Assembly (NCBI RefSeq): GCF_006345805.1
Contig: NC_043006.1
Span: 104,780,001 to 104,844,000 of the forward strand
Direction of reading: 5' to 3'
DNA: 64,000 nt
Source of the DNA: Octopus sinensis
Lineage: Eukaryota
Part shown: piece after piece, positions 12,540 through 27,230 of the stretch
Position numbering within the stretch: the first letter of the stretch is position 1
How the letters are laid out: every line of letters starts with the position of its first letter
Made by a program: the position numbers and the translations under genes
Notes under the pieces: generated by a model
Databases searched by the model: none
Told to the model about the DNA's origin: nothing
Seen by the model: the letters and a program-made list of their open reading frames with translations, nothing else

Positions 12540-13345
12540 AGAAAATCTACCAATGCTCACTAGCAATACAAGTGGCTTAAAAGGCTTCTGACAAATACTA
12601 AGCTTTACACAACAACCACGAAACCAATAGTTAAAAGATATGGACGTCCAAACTGTGGAACATGCCCCAACCTACTGGAAGGCTCGGAATTCCTATTCAA
12701 ACGAGGAGAAAGGTAAACAATTAAAACCAACTTCACTTCTGCTTCCGAGAATCGAATTTACGTTATACCTTGTTCAGGTTGAGGACATAATTATATAGGA
12801 CAGACAAGTATGGCACTTAGACGAAGAATCACACTACATAAGAAACAGATCCGCTTCCCAAGGTACAGACAGATTCCTTTGAGTAAACACATAAAGAGAT
12901 GTGCAGGTAGTATTCAACCAAACTTCACAGTTTTCCGCATCTACCAGTGCAAAGAAACAATTTCTGCACAGGAACGTCTAAAAGAAAATTTATTTATCGA
13001 AAAACACAGATCACGCCTGAATATGAACGCATTACGAACTTTGATCTCAGTATATATTTTAATTCACGATCACATATCCATCACTGTACATATTCCATCT
13101 CATTACTTCAGCTTTTGAGTTTTTGTATATATATTTACCCCCTCACTTCAACAAAAAAAGAGCAATTACCTCCTCTGTCCTGAATAATAACGACCACCAA
13201 TTACATTTATTAGATTTTTCTACTTTTTGATTCATTCACAAACTTCTATACAAGAACATGAACTAAAATCTTTTTAAGAAAATACGAAATTACAATAACT
13301 TCAATATCAGGATTAGCGAAAGTGAGACCGGTCATTGTACTTGAT
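12540..13345 (+). mobile_element. Penelope-like element fragment, GIY-YIG pseudogene
   Basis: RPNCGTCPNLLEG..IKTNFTSASENRIYVIPCSG*GHNYIGQTSMALRRRITLHKKQI..LSKHI..ENLFIEKH..LN, with in-frame stops. Confidence 0.8.
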
Positions 13346-13652
13346 CATATATCTAAGTGTAATGGTCTTCTTCTAATAGCTATGTGTTTAAAATAGTAAA
13401 ATTGAGATTTGTGTTTATACTGGTAAAAGTACAAATCAAATGTAGAGATACTCACCCATAAATACCTAGACAGACACTCATATGTATAAATGATCATGTG
13501 TGAGCCAAGTGCATATGTCCGTCTGTGTGAATAGCATAGAGACCCACATGGATCCCACAGAGTCGTAAAGGGCTCAATAAATAAATATAATGTAAATGAG
13601 CCTCGAATATAATGAAATTTAAAGATAAAAAATAGCAAGTATGCGTTGCAGT

Positions 13653-13688
<36 letters not shown>

Positions 13689-13724
13689 GCATGAAGATGA
13701 TGATGATGATGATGATGATGATCA

Positions 13725-13887
13725 TTTCTACTATAGGCACAAGGCCTGAAATTTTGGGAGAGGGGACTAGATTGTATTGACCCAGTACGTAATTGGTACT
13801 TATTTCATTGACACTGAATGGATGAAAGGCAAAGTCGACCTGAGCGGAATTTTCACTCAGAATGTAGCGACGGTCGAAATACCGCTG
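13725..13887 (-). mobile_element. SINE family C, partial
   Basis: Core homology. Confidence 0.7.
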
Positions 13888-14984
13888 TATATATTAATTT
13901 TGTCAGTTAATTTCCATGGTAAGTACTGCAGCGGAAGGGTGTTGTTGCATGAATTCAATTTATACATAGAAGTTAGCAATATGTTATTGTACAGAAAAGA
14001 GGTTAAGACAGCCTGTATTTCATATGGGTTTTCGCATTACATCCGTCTATTGAATTTCGTCCATAAGGAACTTGTCATTCATGGCTACGGTATAAGCCAA
14101 TTGCCAAACACGCAGCAGATTGAGATCGAATTCGAAACTATATGGTTATCAAAATAATTTCCTCTCCATGCAGCGTTGGTTTCACGCTGCCATCAAATAA
14201 TCAATTTCTCTTGGTTCTGGCGTATATTCAGAACACATCACCACTTCGTTCTCAAATTTAAATGTTCAAATGCGGAACAACACATGTAGCTTCATCATAT
14301 ATGAAGCAGCAACACAAAATGTGAACGGAATAATCGAGTGGCGCTGTAACTATCAAATCTCCATAGGCGAACTAGGTTCGGAGACGGGTCTTTATATTTT
14401 CAAGCTCAAATGAAGAAACAGTAAATTCAAGGGATGATCGAACATGTTAGCCGTCAAACTATAGAACAATATCGGAAAAAAAAATTCATCCATTCAGACA
14501 CAAAAAATATAACACCTATTAGAACATCAATATCTATATATAGTATTCATAAATCACATGGAAGTTTCTATCGGAGTAGATTTTTTTGCCTCTTTAGTTC
14601 CACATGCATATAAAATTATAAAAATGTTTTTTTTTTAAATCACATGTATCGCACTTTGACTCAGACTAAAAGTTAGATTAAATCAGAAAAGCACCAAATT
14701 AAAAATCTTTCCAATCAACATGAAAGCATGTATTTGGAACAATTAATGCGATATGAAATTTTCAACCTAAACATTGAGGTTGAAAATTTCATGACGCGAA
14801 ATTTATAAGGATACCGTTTTACGCTTGGTTGGCGATGCATTTTCAAAATGGAATCACTACAGACCATTATAGATCATTACAGTACAGCGTAGGAAACAAA
14901 TAACAGAGGAAACAAATAACAGAAGATAACATTACCGTCAATGTAGAATTACACAGAAAGGTAGTTTAATTATAGAAGCTTTAT

Positions 14985-15198
14985 TCTTTTCTACTCTAGG
15001 CACAAAACCCAAAATTTTAGGGGAGGGTGACAGTCGTTTAGATTGACCCCAGTACGCAACAGGTACTTAATTTATCGACCACAAAAGGACGAAAGGCAAA
15101 GTTGACCTCGGCGGAATTTGAGCTCAGAACGTAACGGCAGGCGAAATACGGCTACGCATTTCGCCCGGCGTGCTAACGCTTCTGCCAGCTCACCGCCT
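14985..15198 (-). mobile_element. SINE family C
   Basis: Core homology. Confidence 0.8.
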
Positions 15199-15369
15199 TG
15201 TTATAGAAGTTGTATTAATACGGGAATATAAACGAAGAATTAAAACAACACACCATAAATGTTTTTGTAAAATATTATTAATAACTGTCAGCATGGAAAA
15301 AATATATATGCACGAACAAAAAAAAAACAATGCCACACCAGACGTGCAGTCAAAATATTTACAAATGTC

Positions 15370-15640
15370 CGTTCAGAAATGTACAGTTGAGAAATTCAAA
15401 CTCAGAAACCCAGCTTCAACTTAATTTCACGAACTTGGATCCGTAACTCTGGATTCACAAATTTTGGTTTCACCAAGATTGGCCTCACACCAAAAACCTG
15501 GCCTCACAAATTTGGTTTTACAAAAAGATGGATTCCCAAAATTTGGATTTCGTAAAATTTCCATCTTACTACAAATTCGGTTTTCGAACCGTGGATTTCG
15601 AAACTTGGATTTCGAATCTTGGACCCAGATGTGCCACAAA
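15370..15640. repeat. Degenerate ~20-nt minisatellite (CACAAATTTGGATTTC-like units)
   Basis: Recurrent [C/A]AAA[T/C]TTGG[A/T]TT motifs. Confidence 0.55.
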
Positions 15641-15725
15641 AATTATTTTAAATCTGACAAACGTTCTGGCGAAGTCTTGGAACATAAAATAAATCCATAA
15701 ATGCCTAACAAAGCACAAAGAGCAT

Positions 15726-15885
15726 ATTGTGACACATTGCAGAAAATGTTGAAAAGCACCAAGGAACCAGAAGACATTTTATGTTCCAACATGATAATGA
15801 CCCTAAAGACACTTCAAAGATGATAACTAAGTTTTTAGCAGATAAAACAGGCAATCATAGAATCCAGAATCCAATTGAACAACTT
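15726..15885 (+). mobile_element. Tc1 transposase internal fragment
   Basis: Near-identical to 17729-17850 (FQHDNDPK.TSK). Confidence 0.8.
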
Positions 15886-16642
15886 TGTCTCACAGAAAAA
15901 ACTTTCACAAAAACTTTGTTTATTAAGGTTTGCCAATTTGTTATAGTTTCACAGCTTTGGCTAATGACACCTAGCTCCCCCCATTTTGACAATGGACTTC
16001 ATCCTGACCTTACAGTGCAGCATGCAAAACTGTTTACCTGTTTAACCTAACATTATAATTTATAATTTTCTAACACTACATTAATTCCATCTTCATGCGT
16101 TGCATGCTACTAAATGCTGCAACTAAACACCACAGTATTTAATAACTGAGGTGTTGATGGGAAGTTGACAGAACAAAACGATTGTGACTAAATATAAAGG
16201 AACAAATATGAAAAAAATATATATGATTATCTGCAAATGCAGCCGTGCCTTCATTATATTATGCTCATAATAAATACGCGCATACATTCACATAAGTGGA
16301 AACACAACGGGCCAAAAAACGTTAACGGACAAGAAAAAGTACGTAGGTAATAAATTCAGGTGCCCTACTAATTTGAATGCATCTTGGAAAATTAAACAGA
16401 ATCAGGATAACTACGGATAACTGCTTTGGACCTCCAGCTTATAAATTCTGTTTATAAATTCATATTTATACCAATAATTATTGGAGCGCTTGCCTTTCAG
16501 TAAATGCCTAAGTGACAAACTGGATGAGCTAAGGTTGTCAGAAAAATCTAACACGCGCATTACAATTACGGTCCGTAACCTTAGCATTACATATATGCAA
16601 GACATTTTTTATATGCATGTATATGCATAAATAAATGAATAA

Positions 16643-16693
<51 letters not shown>

Positions 16694-16697
<4 letters not shown>

Positions 16698-18287
16698 ATC
16701 TCACACAATATGTACACCCCTAAAAATTTTCAGTAGAATTGCCATTACTCTCTTAATATCGAATGATATCATTCGAAATTTATACTGAATAAAATATATT
16801 ATACATGTAAACATTATACAAATTTGGAACACAAAGGAAAAAACATTTTCAAAGATTTGAATGAAATATTAATTTTCAAACGATACAAAAATATGTACAC
16901 CCGAAAGGAAATTTGCTATATTCAGTATTTTATCCACTATTTCTTTTCACTAAATTCAGATATTGCTGATAATTTCTATTCTAACAAATTAGTTCTAGCA
17001 TTTTTGCACCGATCATTGTTCTTGCATCGGCAGGAATTCTGATTTGTGTACCGTGTTGAAAATCTTCTTCATTATGATTAAAATAGTACCAAAAAGAAAA
17101 GAATTGTCGGCGGATTTGAAGAAAGTTATTTTCAATTTGTATAAAGGATATAAGATAATTAGCAAACGAATACATATTAGCGTAAACATAGTTGGCAAAG
17201 TAATTAGGTGGCAAAGTACTTCAGATGTACAAAGCTCTGGGCGGCGAAGCCATAAACACCGTCCAGGTCGTCCTTCTATTTTAACTGCGCGTGATATTGC
17301 CACATCCAACGTCGCGTGATGGATGACAGGCGTCGTACCGCTTCATCTTTGGCCCCAAATGTGTCTTCTGTTAACGGAAAAAGGGAATCCGTCCAAACAG
17401 TTCACCGAAGTTTGACCTAGTGTGGTCTTCATGGACGCATTTCTCGTAGGAAGCCTCTCCTCACTAAATCAAATCGTCATTTTTTGGCTGAAACCTATGT
17501 GAGTAGAGGAAAGAGTTTTGGAAGATAATTCTTTTTTCTGATGAAACTAAAATCAAAATGTTTGGGTCAGGTGGTATTAAACGATTTTGGCGACGACCAG
17601 GTAATGGCGGCAATGCACTGTGCCTACTGGGAAATACGGCGGTGGCAGTGTTATACTTTGGGAATGCAGGAGTGCAGCTGGTGTGGGAAGACTCGCATTT
17701 ATTGAAAGAACTATGGAGTCAAGGCTTTATTGTGACATATTGCAGAAAATGTTGAAAAGCACCAAGGAACCAGAAGACATTCTATGTTCCAACATGATAA
17801 TGACCCTAAACACACTTCAAAGATGATAACCAAGTTTTTCTCAGATAAAAAGGTAACGGTATTGCCTTGACCTGCTATGTCACCTGATTTAAATGCAATA
17901 GAACATCTGTGGTGTTTTGAAAAGGAAGGTTGAGGAGAAAAAAACCCTGCGATGTAACACATTTCAAAGACATCATTCAAAGTGAATGGCGGTCGATTTC
18001 ATCTGTAGTATGCAGAAATTTCGGCGACTCTAAGCTTAGAAAACTTAATGCAGTCATTAAAAGCAAGAAGAGTCACACCAAATATTGAATTGTATCGTTT
18101 GAAAATTAATATTTCGTTCATATCTTTGAAACTGTTTAGTGTTTTGTGTTCCAAATTTGTATAATGTTCGTGTGAATAATGTTTCATTCATGCAGTATAA
18201 ATTTCTTTTGATTTCTTCCGATATTATCAGAGTGATGGCAATTTTACTGAAAACTTTTAGCGGGTTACATACTTTTGTGAGATACAT
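16694..18287 (+). mobile_element. Tc1-family DNA transposon (defective), ~200-bp TIRs
   Basis: CAATATCTCACA.. / ..TTTTGTGAGATAC ends in TA context. Broken transposase PKRKELS..RPGRP..FSDETKI..KYGGGSV..FQHDNDPKHTSK..SPDLNAIEHLW (DD34E type). Confidence 0.92.
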
Positions 18288-18307
18288 ACATACATACAAA
18301 CATGCAT

Positions 18308-18798
<491 letters not shown>

Positions 18799-19486
18799 TC
18801 ATGAGCGAAATTCCTGTCCCTTGAATCACTCTGTTACTGATAAATATTGATAAAAAATATTCATATGTTCATATTTTGAGTTCTAATATTCTTGTTCATT
18901 AATACACAGATGACAGGCTTCTCCAAAATGTCCGGCTCCTTATGACGTTGATCGGTCCGGGGGTATAGTGAGGACATTTGCTGAAAGTGATACGCTATGG
19001 GACTGATCTCCTAAACCATGTAGTTGCAAAGCGTGCTTCTTAACCACACATCTCTGCCTTCGCCCTTATGACGTAAAATATTTCAACTGCCATTCAGTTA
19101 CAAGTGTCCTTTTAATCTCGTCGATATTCGTTTCTTTATTCGTTCTTCTTTTATTCCTGTCTCTTTCAGCATCGCCATTTGCCGTACATTTCAACTTTCA
19201 TTTTCACTATTGCGACGTCAGGATTAAGAACACGGTAATTGTTCTGTCTATGATGATGTTCGTTTTAAAATACATTTCTGGTAATATTGGTTTATCTTAG
19301 ATTTATCAGTCATTAAGATATCTGGAAGAAAGCATAAATTACCAATTACATACTTCATATTCTTCTAGTAGCTTTCCCGTAATTGTGCGTTATGTGCTTG
19401 TGTGTATATTAGTATACGCCTTGATGTATATGTAAATGTATACGTGTGCGTCTCTTGTTAAGTATATCCGCGTGCATGTGTCTGCA

Positions 19487-19538
<52 letters not shown>

Positions 19539-19554
19539 ATATATATGAACATGT

Positions 19555-19757
19555 GGTTTTATTGTTTCAGTCAATTGACTGCTGTCATGCTGGAGCACCG
19601 CCTTAAGGGGTCTAAGTTGAAGAAATCGACTCTAGGACTTTTTCTTTGAAAGTTTAATACTTATTCTATCGGCAGATTTTGCTGACCCGCTAAGTTACAG
19701 GGACGTAAACATCGGTTGTCAAGTGATTGGGGGAGATGCACAGACACAAAGACACGC
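19555..19757 (-). mobile_element. SINE family A, 3' part (a 5' part lies at 18910-19063)
   Basis: Homology to other family A copies. Confidence 0.7.
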
Positions 19758-19784
19758 ATAAATATATAAATATATTATATATAT

Positions 19785-20020
19785 ATTTCCTTACTGCCCA
19801 CAAGGGGCTAAACATAGAGAGGACAAACAAGGACAGACAAACGGACTAAGTCGATTACATCGACCCCAGTGCGCAACGGGTACTTAATTTATCGACCCCG
19901 AAAGGATGAAAGGCAAAGGCAAAGTCAACCTCGGCGGAATTTGAACTCAGAACGTAACCGCAGACGAGATACTGCTACGCATTTCGCCCGGCGCGCTAAC
20001 GTTTCTGCCAGTTCGCCGCA
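19785..20020 (-). mobile_element. SINE family C
   Basis: Single core copy with tail. Confidence 0.85.
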
Positions 20021-20654
20021 TTGTTATATATATTATATATAGTAAAATATATTATATATAGTTTACTGTTTCACTACAGTGATTATAATTAGGATTTTAA
20101 AAAAGTACTATTAGCATTCATAGATAAATATAATATAATATGCGTAATACAACAATATAGAGAAGTTTACAAGAAAAAAACTGTAAAAAACAGAGAGATA
20201 AAAATAGAGAGGGGATCTTTGCTGCTGTCAGATTTTGAAATTTTTAAATGCCATAATTTTAAAATTTGGTATGTTGATGTAAATTTTCGCTCTGATTCCT
20301 ATTTTTGTGATTTTAGAAAAATGTTACAGATTTATACATATAAATTAATAGTTCGTTCGTTTATTATTGGTTTATGTTACCATTACTGTCTTTGAATTTT
20401 TGTCTATGTTTTAGGTATTCTAACATTTCGCCTACTGACCTCATGTTTTTCCGTACTTGTTTAATTTTGCCCTCCCTCGCGTGCATATATATATATATAT
20501 ATATATGAATGAATGTATATATGTATGCATGTATGTATGTATGTATATGCTATATATTCCAGCTTTGTTATGCTGTTGATACCAGCAAAATTAACTGTTA
20601 TCAATAAGACGTCGGAATCGTGACGACTTTCAGTCGATAACTCTCTCTTTGTGT

Positions 20655-20691
<37 letters not shown>

Positions 20692-21919
20692 TGCGTGTGT
20701 GCATCAAGCATAATATCAGGTGGTTGTGATAAGTTAGTATAATTGTTTTAAGTCCATGTCTTCAGTAGGATTACGGCCATCTTCTTCAGGTAGTGCTAAT
20801 TTCAGAATGCAATAAATTCAATACACGTACATGTTTTCATCGATATGTATGCTCGGAATTATACTATTCTATGTTCACAAACTAAAGCAGATAAAGTATG
20901 CAAGTCCATCACATCACCAGAACATTATGCTACATGAACGGTTCAACTCTAAATATACACACAAAATTAAATTCACTGTTTATATTTACAATGTATGGAA
21001 GGCCTGAACTGCACAAAATTACTGTGATGATATTAATTATATATAGAAATCATTCCTTCACACGAGAAGGCTCTCCCCAATTAAGGAATGTTCCATCTTT
21101 AACTGAAGCAAATAAAAATAAATAACAAGAGATAAAGTGAAAAAAGTATCAAAGCATATACAATATAGAAAGAACAAAAAATCTAGTATCGCAATTACAC
21201 AGGTAGGTAGGCTGGTTTAGGAACAAAAAAGCTGGTGATTTGTAGATTTTAAAGAATTCATGCATAATTTCTTGAAGGCAATGACCGATGTAATCCCAAG
21301 AATTTGTGTTCTTAAAATACAAACTTTTATACAAAGTCAAATAAGATTACAAAATATCTGCAGGAGGAATTTGAACTTTTGGCAATCACATCATCACGAT
21401 TAACCACAGCTCGATATGCATCGTGGCAGCGTATTCTTCTGGTATAAACAAAGTACATACCCACATACATATTATGCATATCTGTGTATAGAGGCATATA
21501 CCCAGGTACATACAATATACGTTATATATAGTTAGGCCGAAAAAAGAACAACTATCAACAGTTCTTCGAAGAAGTAATATACGAAAATCATAAAAATCTT
21601 ATCAGATTCGATCGGCGAAGATGATTGAAAGTGATTTTTAGCCTCAAGTAATAGACAGTCAGTCCGTTTTATCAAAGACATTTCATTTATCTGCTATATA
21701 CATATGAAATCATGTAAAAATATTACCCGTTAGCGAAACGAAATTAAAATAAATCTTAAATTTCTTTATTCGCTTCTTTTGGATTTTGTTCAGTTTTTGT
21801 TTCTCCCTCTTCAATGGAATAATGTTATTTTAAGAAGAAAAAAATTCTCATTATTATTTTATTGTTAAATTACATCTAGTGCTGTCACTTTCAAATATAT
21901 AAAACTTACTTTTTACTTT

Positions 21920-21997
21920 ATATATATGTGTATATATATGTATATATGTACAGAGAGAGCGAGAGACAGACAGACAGAGAGATAGGTAGATACACAT

Positions 21998-22071
<74 letters not shown>

Positions 22072-22112
22072 GGAGAGAGTGAGAGACAGACAGACAGAGA
22101 GATAGATAGATA

Positions 22113-22147
<35 letters not shown>

Positions 22148-22610
22148 CATAAAGAGAGAATGAGTGAGAGGTTTATAGATATAGATATACATACATACAT
22201 ATATATATAATTATATATATATATATATATATACATATATATATACTTATATACATATATAGATAGATATATAGATATATACACAAATACATATATATAT
22301 ATGTACAGATACATATATATACATACACATGTATATATGTGTGTATGTATATATATATATATATATACATGTATGTGTCTATATATATATGTGTGTGTCT
22401 ATATAAATATATACATAAATATGTATATAAATATATATATATAAATATTTTATATATATATATATATGTATATATATATAAATATATATATATAAATATA
22501 TATATATATGTGTGTGTGTGTTGTGTGTGTGTGTGTGTGTGTGTCTATATAAATATATACATAAATATGTATATATAATATATATATATTATATATATAT
22601 ATATAAATAT
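21920..22610. repeat. Compound (TA)n/(CA)n/(GA)n microsatellite, representative of many such tracts
   Basis: Direct reading. Similar tracts at 11190-11420, 23580-24230, 33900-34950, 48140-48350, 57000-57200 and 63320-63560. Confidence 0.95.
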
Positions 22611-23615
22611 TGTTTTCTGCAAATCTTTTTCTACGTATCAATATAATGTGACTGCACGCTGTGAAATGAATATACTTCAGACATAATTAATTGCATTTTA
22701 ATAATTGCACATCAATTATTAAAAGTTTATGGAAGCCGTTGTGGATTCTGATTGTATGTTATTAACATATATATATGTATGCATAAATATCGTTTGTATG
22801 TGTATATGTGTAGCTATAACCACACACAGGCAAACATACCTACTTACCTACCAACATACATATACTTGTATATAAGTGAATATATATATATATATATATG
22901 TATGTATATTTCTCTCTCTTTCTCTCTGTATATATAAAATAAATGCGTATATCCGTGTGTCGAGTGTGTCACACTTTTCCACCTTTGCCCCTCCGATCCC
23001 CTATCTCATTATTCAATGAATCCTCCAACATAATAAAGGCGAATGGCAGTGTGTCATTGTGTCAAACTTTTTCAACGTTATTCCTAGAGGCCATATCCCA
23101 ACATATCATACCATCTTGGAATGAAGCCGATTCGGTGAGTAAATTAAAAATATTCCGGCCCGAATCCGGACCAGCAATCCTGAAATTTTGGATTCCCAAG
23201 TATCATTACTGCGATTGTTTTCGGCGATTTTTTTACGTGATTTTTGCGACGAATTGCTTGAACGATAACAATTTTTATAAGTTGGAAATAAATTTTGGGA
23301 ATAATCGAAATTACTTGGGAAATCCAGCGATTATTTTCGGAGACTTTTTTTTATGTGAGTTTATGCAGCGAACATCATCATCATTGACATATGTCTCTGG
23401 ATGAAGCAATTGTGACAAATTCTCCAAAACAAGTCAGATATCTGTTTGCAGATTTGAGGTCAGTAGCTTAAATGCTATATAGTAGCATAAAAGCCGCCCA
23501 AGTATGAATAACTTGAAAGAAAGACAAATAAATAGATACACAGACAAGCAGATAAACAAACACGCAGATAGGAAAGTAGAAAGATGGATAGATAGATAGC
23601 TAGAGATAGATAGAT

Positions 23616-23700
<85 letters not shown>

Positions 23701-23975
23701 CAAAAGCATATAAATAATTAAATATATTGATCGGTATCAAGGTTCAGCGATACAGCGATAGGTGGGATTCTGTGAGAATCGGGAAGTGAAAGGAGGAAGG
23801 AATTGGAAGAAATCAGAGAGATATACTATTTTAAGCGGGATTCTAACAGATAGGATTACAATCAAAATATATATCATTGAAATGAAATTCCTAATTATCT
23901 GATATTTTAGATGAAAGATTATTCAAAATGTTAAAGTAGCTATATTTTTAAGAATATATGAGTGATACATATTAT

Positions 23976-24030
<55 letters not shown>

Positions 24031-24575
24031 TATATATATTATATATATATAATATATAATATATATATATACACATATATACATATATATATACATATAT
24101 ACATATATATATACATATATATAAGTATATATACATATATATAAGTATAAGTATATATATATACATATATATATATAACTATATATGTGTATATATATAT
24201 ATATATATTATATAAATTATATATAAATTATATGTTCAATTAATATGTTCAATAAGAAATAATTATTTTCGAAATTTTTTTCTCTTATGAGGTTTTTACG
24301 CTATCTACCTGGCAATTTCTTGTTAAGTTTTCCTTATTAAGTAGTTGTCCTTAATTGCTATATATATATATATATATATACATGGAAGCATGGACAGATA
24401 GATGTTTAGATTTTAAAGATCTCCTCTCAAGTAGTACTTCAAGTTTCGCCTTACAACTTATTCAACCTGGTTGCAGAAGCCATCAGACAAGATTTGAAGA
24501 CCCACTCAACGAATAGTTTCGAAACAATATGACTCTACGCTCATTATTGAGATGCTTCAACATTAGTTACACCCA

Positions 24576-24621
<46 letters not shown>

Positions 24622-24937
24622 CAGAAGCAGACATTGCTTCGAAGCTTTTGACAAATATTACACGGAAAGCAAAGTGAAAGGAAATGTTAATTACTTAATT
24701 CTCGATAAAAAATTTAGCAAGTTACATAGGAGAGGTAAAATTTGTAAAGATAGGAAGAAAAAAACAGAGTTAACGAAATTATATTTGTTGCTGTAGGTAA
24801 AATTCTGTTGAGAATATAATATTTACGTGCATACCGACATATCTACCTGCCTGCTTATTTATCTAACAATCATTATTTGTTCTATTGATTTACTCGTATT
24901 TTTATGTGTATAGATATAGGTACATATATATATATAT

Positions 24938-25292
24938 AAAGTTTTGATAAATTTGTTCGAAATTTTTACCAGCATCCTCTCTGTCGCCGGGTATAATCTG
25001 CGTCTGCGCAGTGGTCTGAAAAGTTAGGATATACAAGCAGTTAGCTTTACATGTGGATCTGGCTATATGTTTATTTGAAATCTAAAGGCTCTCCCACTGA
25101 TGAAACTGGCCTCCAGCGAATATATTTTTTTGCTGGAAATAGTTAGAAACCATGGTCTGGGAAATAATTGAGATGGTAAACGTTTTTAATTTTCATACCT
25201 TTCGAGAATTTATCCTTATTTGGTGGTTTTGAGTTTTCTACTGTTCTTTCAAGCACAAGGCTTTCCTATTTGGAAGCCTTTCATTGTATTGG
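24938..25292 (+). mobile_element. About 355-nt HHR-bearing element, diverged relative of the 405-nt unit
   Basis: Lies between (TA)n tracts. Shares GATAAATTT..CGGGTAT..TCTG.GTCTGCGCAGTG upstream and GTAAA..GTTTT.AATTTTCAT..AATTTATCC downstream of the HHR with the reverse complement of 54807-55211. Confidence 0.75.
25092..25162 (+). ncRNA. Type I hammerhead ribozyme
   Basis: UCCCA-CUGAUGA-AACU..(UCCAGC/GCUGGA extension)..AGUU-A-GAAA-CCAUGG-UC-UGGGA. One extra A before GAAA; GUC triplet. Confidence 0.8.
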
Positions 25293-25335
<43 letters not shown>

Positions 25336-25339
25336 TATA

Positions 25340-25378
<39 letters not shown>

Positions 25379-26107
25379 TGTATGTGTGTGTTGTGCGTGT
25401 GTGTGTGTGACATCTACCATCGTTAATATACAAAGGATAACAAGGAGTAGCACGAACTGACATCGCTAATTGTTGCAGGTCTTCAAATTGCGAAACATAA
25501 ATAACGGTTCTTCCTTATATATCACAACATAACCCTCCGAATACTGAAGTTCTTAATAAAATTGATCAGAGCAGTCTACCACTTTAAACCAGAAATTGCT
25601 AAATGAAGAAATATTTTGAAGCCAAAATTTTAATGAAAGCAAGCCCTGCACAAGACAAGAAGTAAACACCAACAAACGTCCAGTTATTTTCCGATCTTGC
25701 TTGAAAATCTGTAGTGGAAAATGTGTGGATAATCAAATTGTGCAGTTTGTATTTTTATTTGCGAAAATCAAGTGCTACGTTTAAAAATGGAACTTAGTCT
25801 GGTAATCTAGGAAAGAAAAAGAATTTTTTCTGCGTATCAAAAATACTAGTTTATGACTAAACCTACCGCATCTGTGTGGAGATTTTTATGAGGAAAACAA
25901 AATACCACCAAGAAAACTGAGTATGCGATGCATACAGAAATAACTTTTTTACTCGTCAAATATTTAAACTTATATGCAAGAGATAGACTGTCGAAAGTTT
26001 CATGATTCTTATTACATGAGTGCGCAGAAAATCCAGCAGGTCAACTAAAGAATAACAGAGAAAAAGGTTTTTCATCGAGAAATTTAAATCAAGTTGAAAT
26101 CGATAAC

Positions 26108-26540
26108 GAATCATTTCGGTTTGAACGGCAGTTTTTAACATAATTTCTAGGTAACTAAACACTTTTAAACTTCGTATACTGGTAGAAAGTGTTTATAAAA
26201 CATATTTTTCTCTTGGCTTTATTGAGAAAATTCTATAGTTTGTAAGATATTTGTTGTGATTTTTTTCTTCAATTTCTGCAATTTCAACCAATCAGTGACG
26301 TCTATTGAGTTAAAAAGCATTCTGTGCCGTATGAATATGTCCCTCGTTTAAGAAACCGATTGGGTTTATTAACCTCTGTGAAGAAAAAAAGATACCCGTC
26401 AAACAACCCCTAACTAACCCTAACTAACCCTAACCCTAAAACAGATTGAAATGCAATAGATCGATACTAGGGTCATAATTATGGGTGACAATTTCATATG
26501 ACACCGCTAGAAAAAACTGCCGTTCAAACCGAAAAGATCC
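26108..26540. mobile_element. MITE with ~30-bp TIRs, 8-bp TSD and internal CCCTAA repeats (Merlin-like), copy 1
   Basis: TSD TCGATAAC at 26100-26107 and 26541-26548. TIR consensus GGATCTTTTCGGTTTGAACGGCAGTTTTT. Confidence 0.88.
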
Positions 26541-26811
26541 TCGATAACATATTATGGAACTTAATTTTTTTTTAAATATCAGTATTTATGAAAATATATT
26601 TTGGCTCCTCTTTTTGAACAATTAAATTGCATAACGTTACCAACCATGTTCCTTAATTTGAGTACAACGAGGATATTTCTAGTAAATATACTTTAGAACA
26701 TTCCTTATGAATCTAACAACCAGCCATTACGTATGAACATTTCAATGGATATTTCCTTTCGAAAGTGAAACTGGTATATAGTAACACTTTTTTTTGTATA
26801 GGTAACTATGT

Positions 26812-27109
26812 CTTTTTTTATTATTTATGCGCCCTTTTCAAGCCTAGCCAGGCTTATGGGCCCGGTTTCCCGGTTTCTGTGGCGTATGTGTTCCTCCCAG
26901 CTGAGCGGGACGCCAATCCATCGCAGAGTTACTCAAGATACAGGAAGAAACAGTGAGAGAAAGTTGTGGCGAAAGCGTACAGCAAGGTTCTTCACCACCC
27001 CCTGCCGGAGCCTCGTGGAGCTTTAGGTGTTTTCGCTCGATAAACACACACAACGCCCGGTCTGGGAATCGAAACCGCGATCCTAACCACTGGGCCATTG
27101 CGCCTCCAC
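26812..27109 (-). mobile_element. SINE family B, different 3' tail
   Basis: Same head and core as 32691 with a short deletion; TSD AACTATGT. Confidence 0.85.
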
Positions 27110-27230
27110 AACTATGTATTTTGTAATAATTTAATTAATTGCAATTCAAAAGATATTGCTAATCTTTTGCATCTTATCATTTCCATATCTTAAGGCGATG
27201 AGCTGGTAGATTCGCTAGCACAGCGTGCAC

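Noticed and set aside
13291-13339. TACAAT..GAGA-CCGG-TC-ATTGTA as a hammerhead
   Set aside because: Position fits the 3' end of the Penelope fragment, but the CUGANGA core is lost; a relic at best.
14753-14791. 16-bp-arm palindrome ATGAAATTTTCAACCT..AGGTTGAAAATTTCAT
   Set aside because: Single AT-rich hairpin with no second copy, TSD or context.
15370-15640. CRISPR-like array
   Set aside because: Degenerate tandem units without unique spacers, eukaryotic context, no cas genes.
22943-23404. 153-aa ORF or Helitron-like 5' end
   Set aside because: No recognisable domain; the resemblance to a Helitron start is weak and no CTRR/hairpin 3' end was found.
24430-24495. Minus-strand CUGAUG-GCUU..AAGGC-GAAA as a hammerhead
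   Set aside because: A9 is missing and helix I does not pair; too degenerate to call.
26400-26440. True telomere or fusion scar
   Set aside because: The CCCTAA repeats are internal to a MITE present three times with TSDs.
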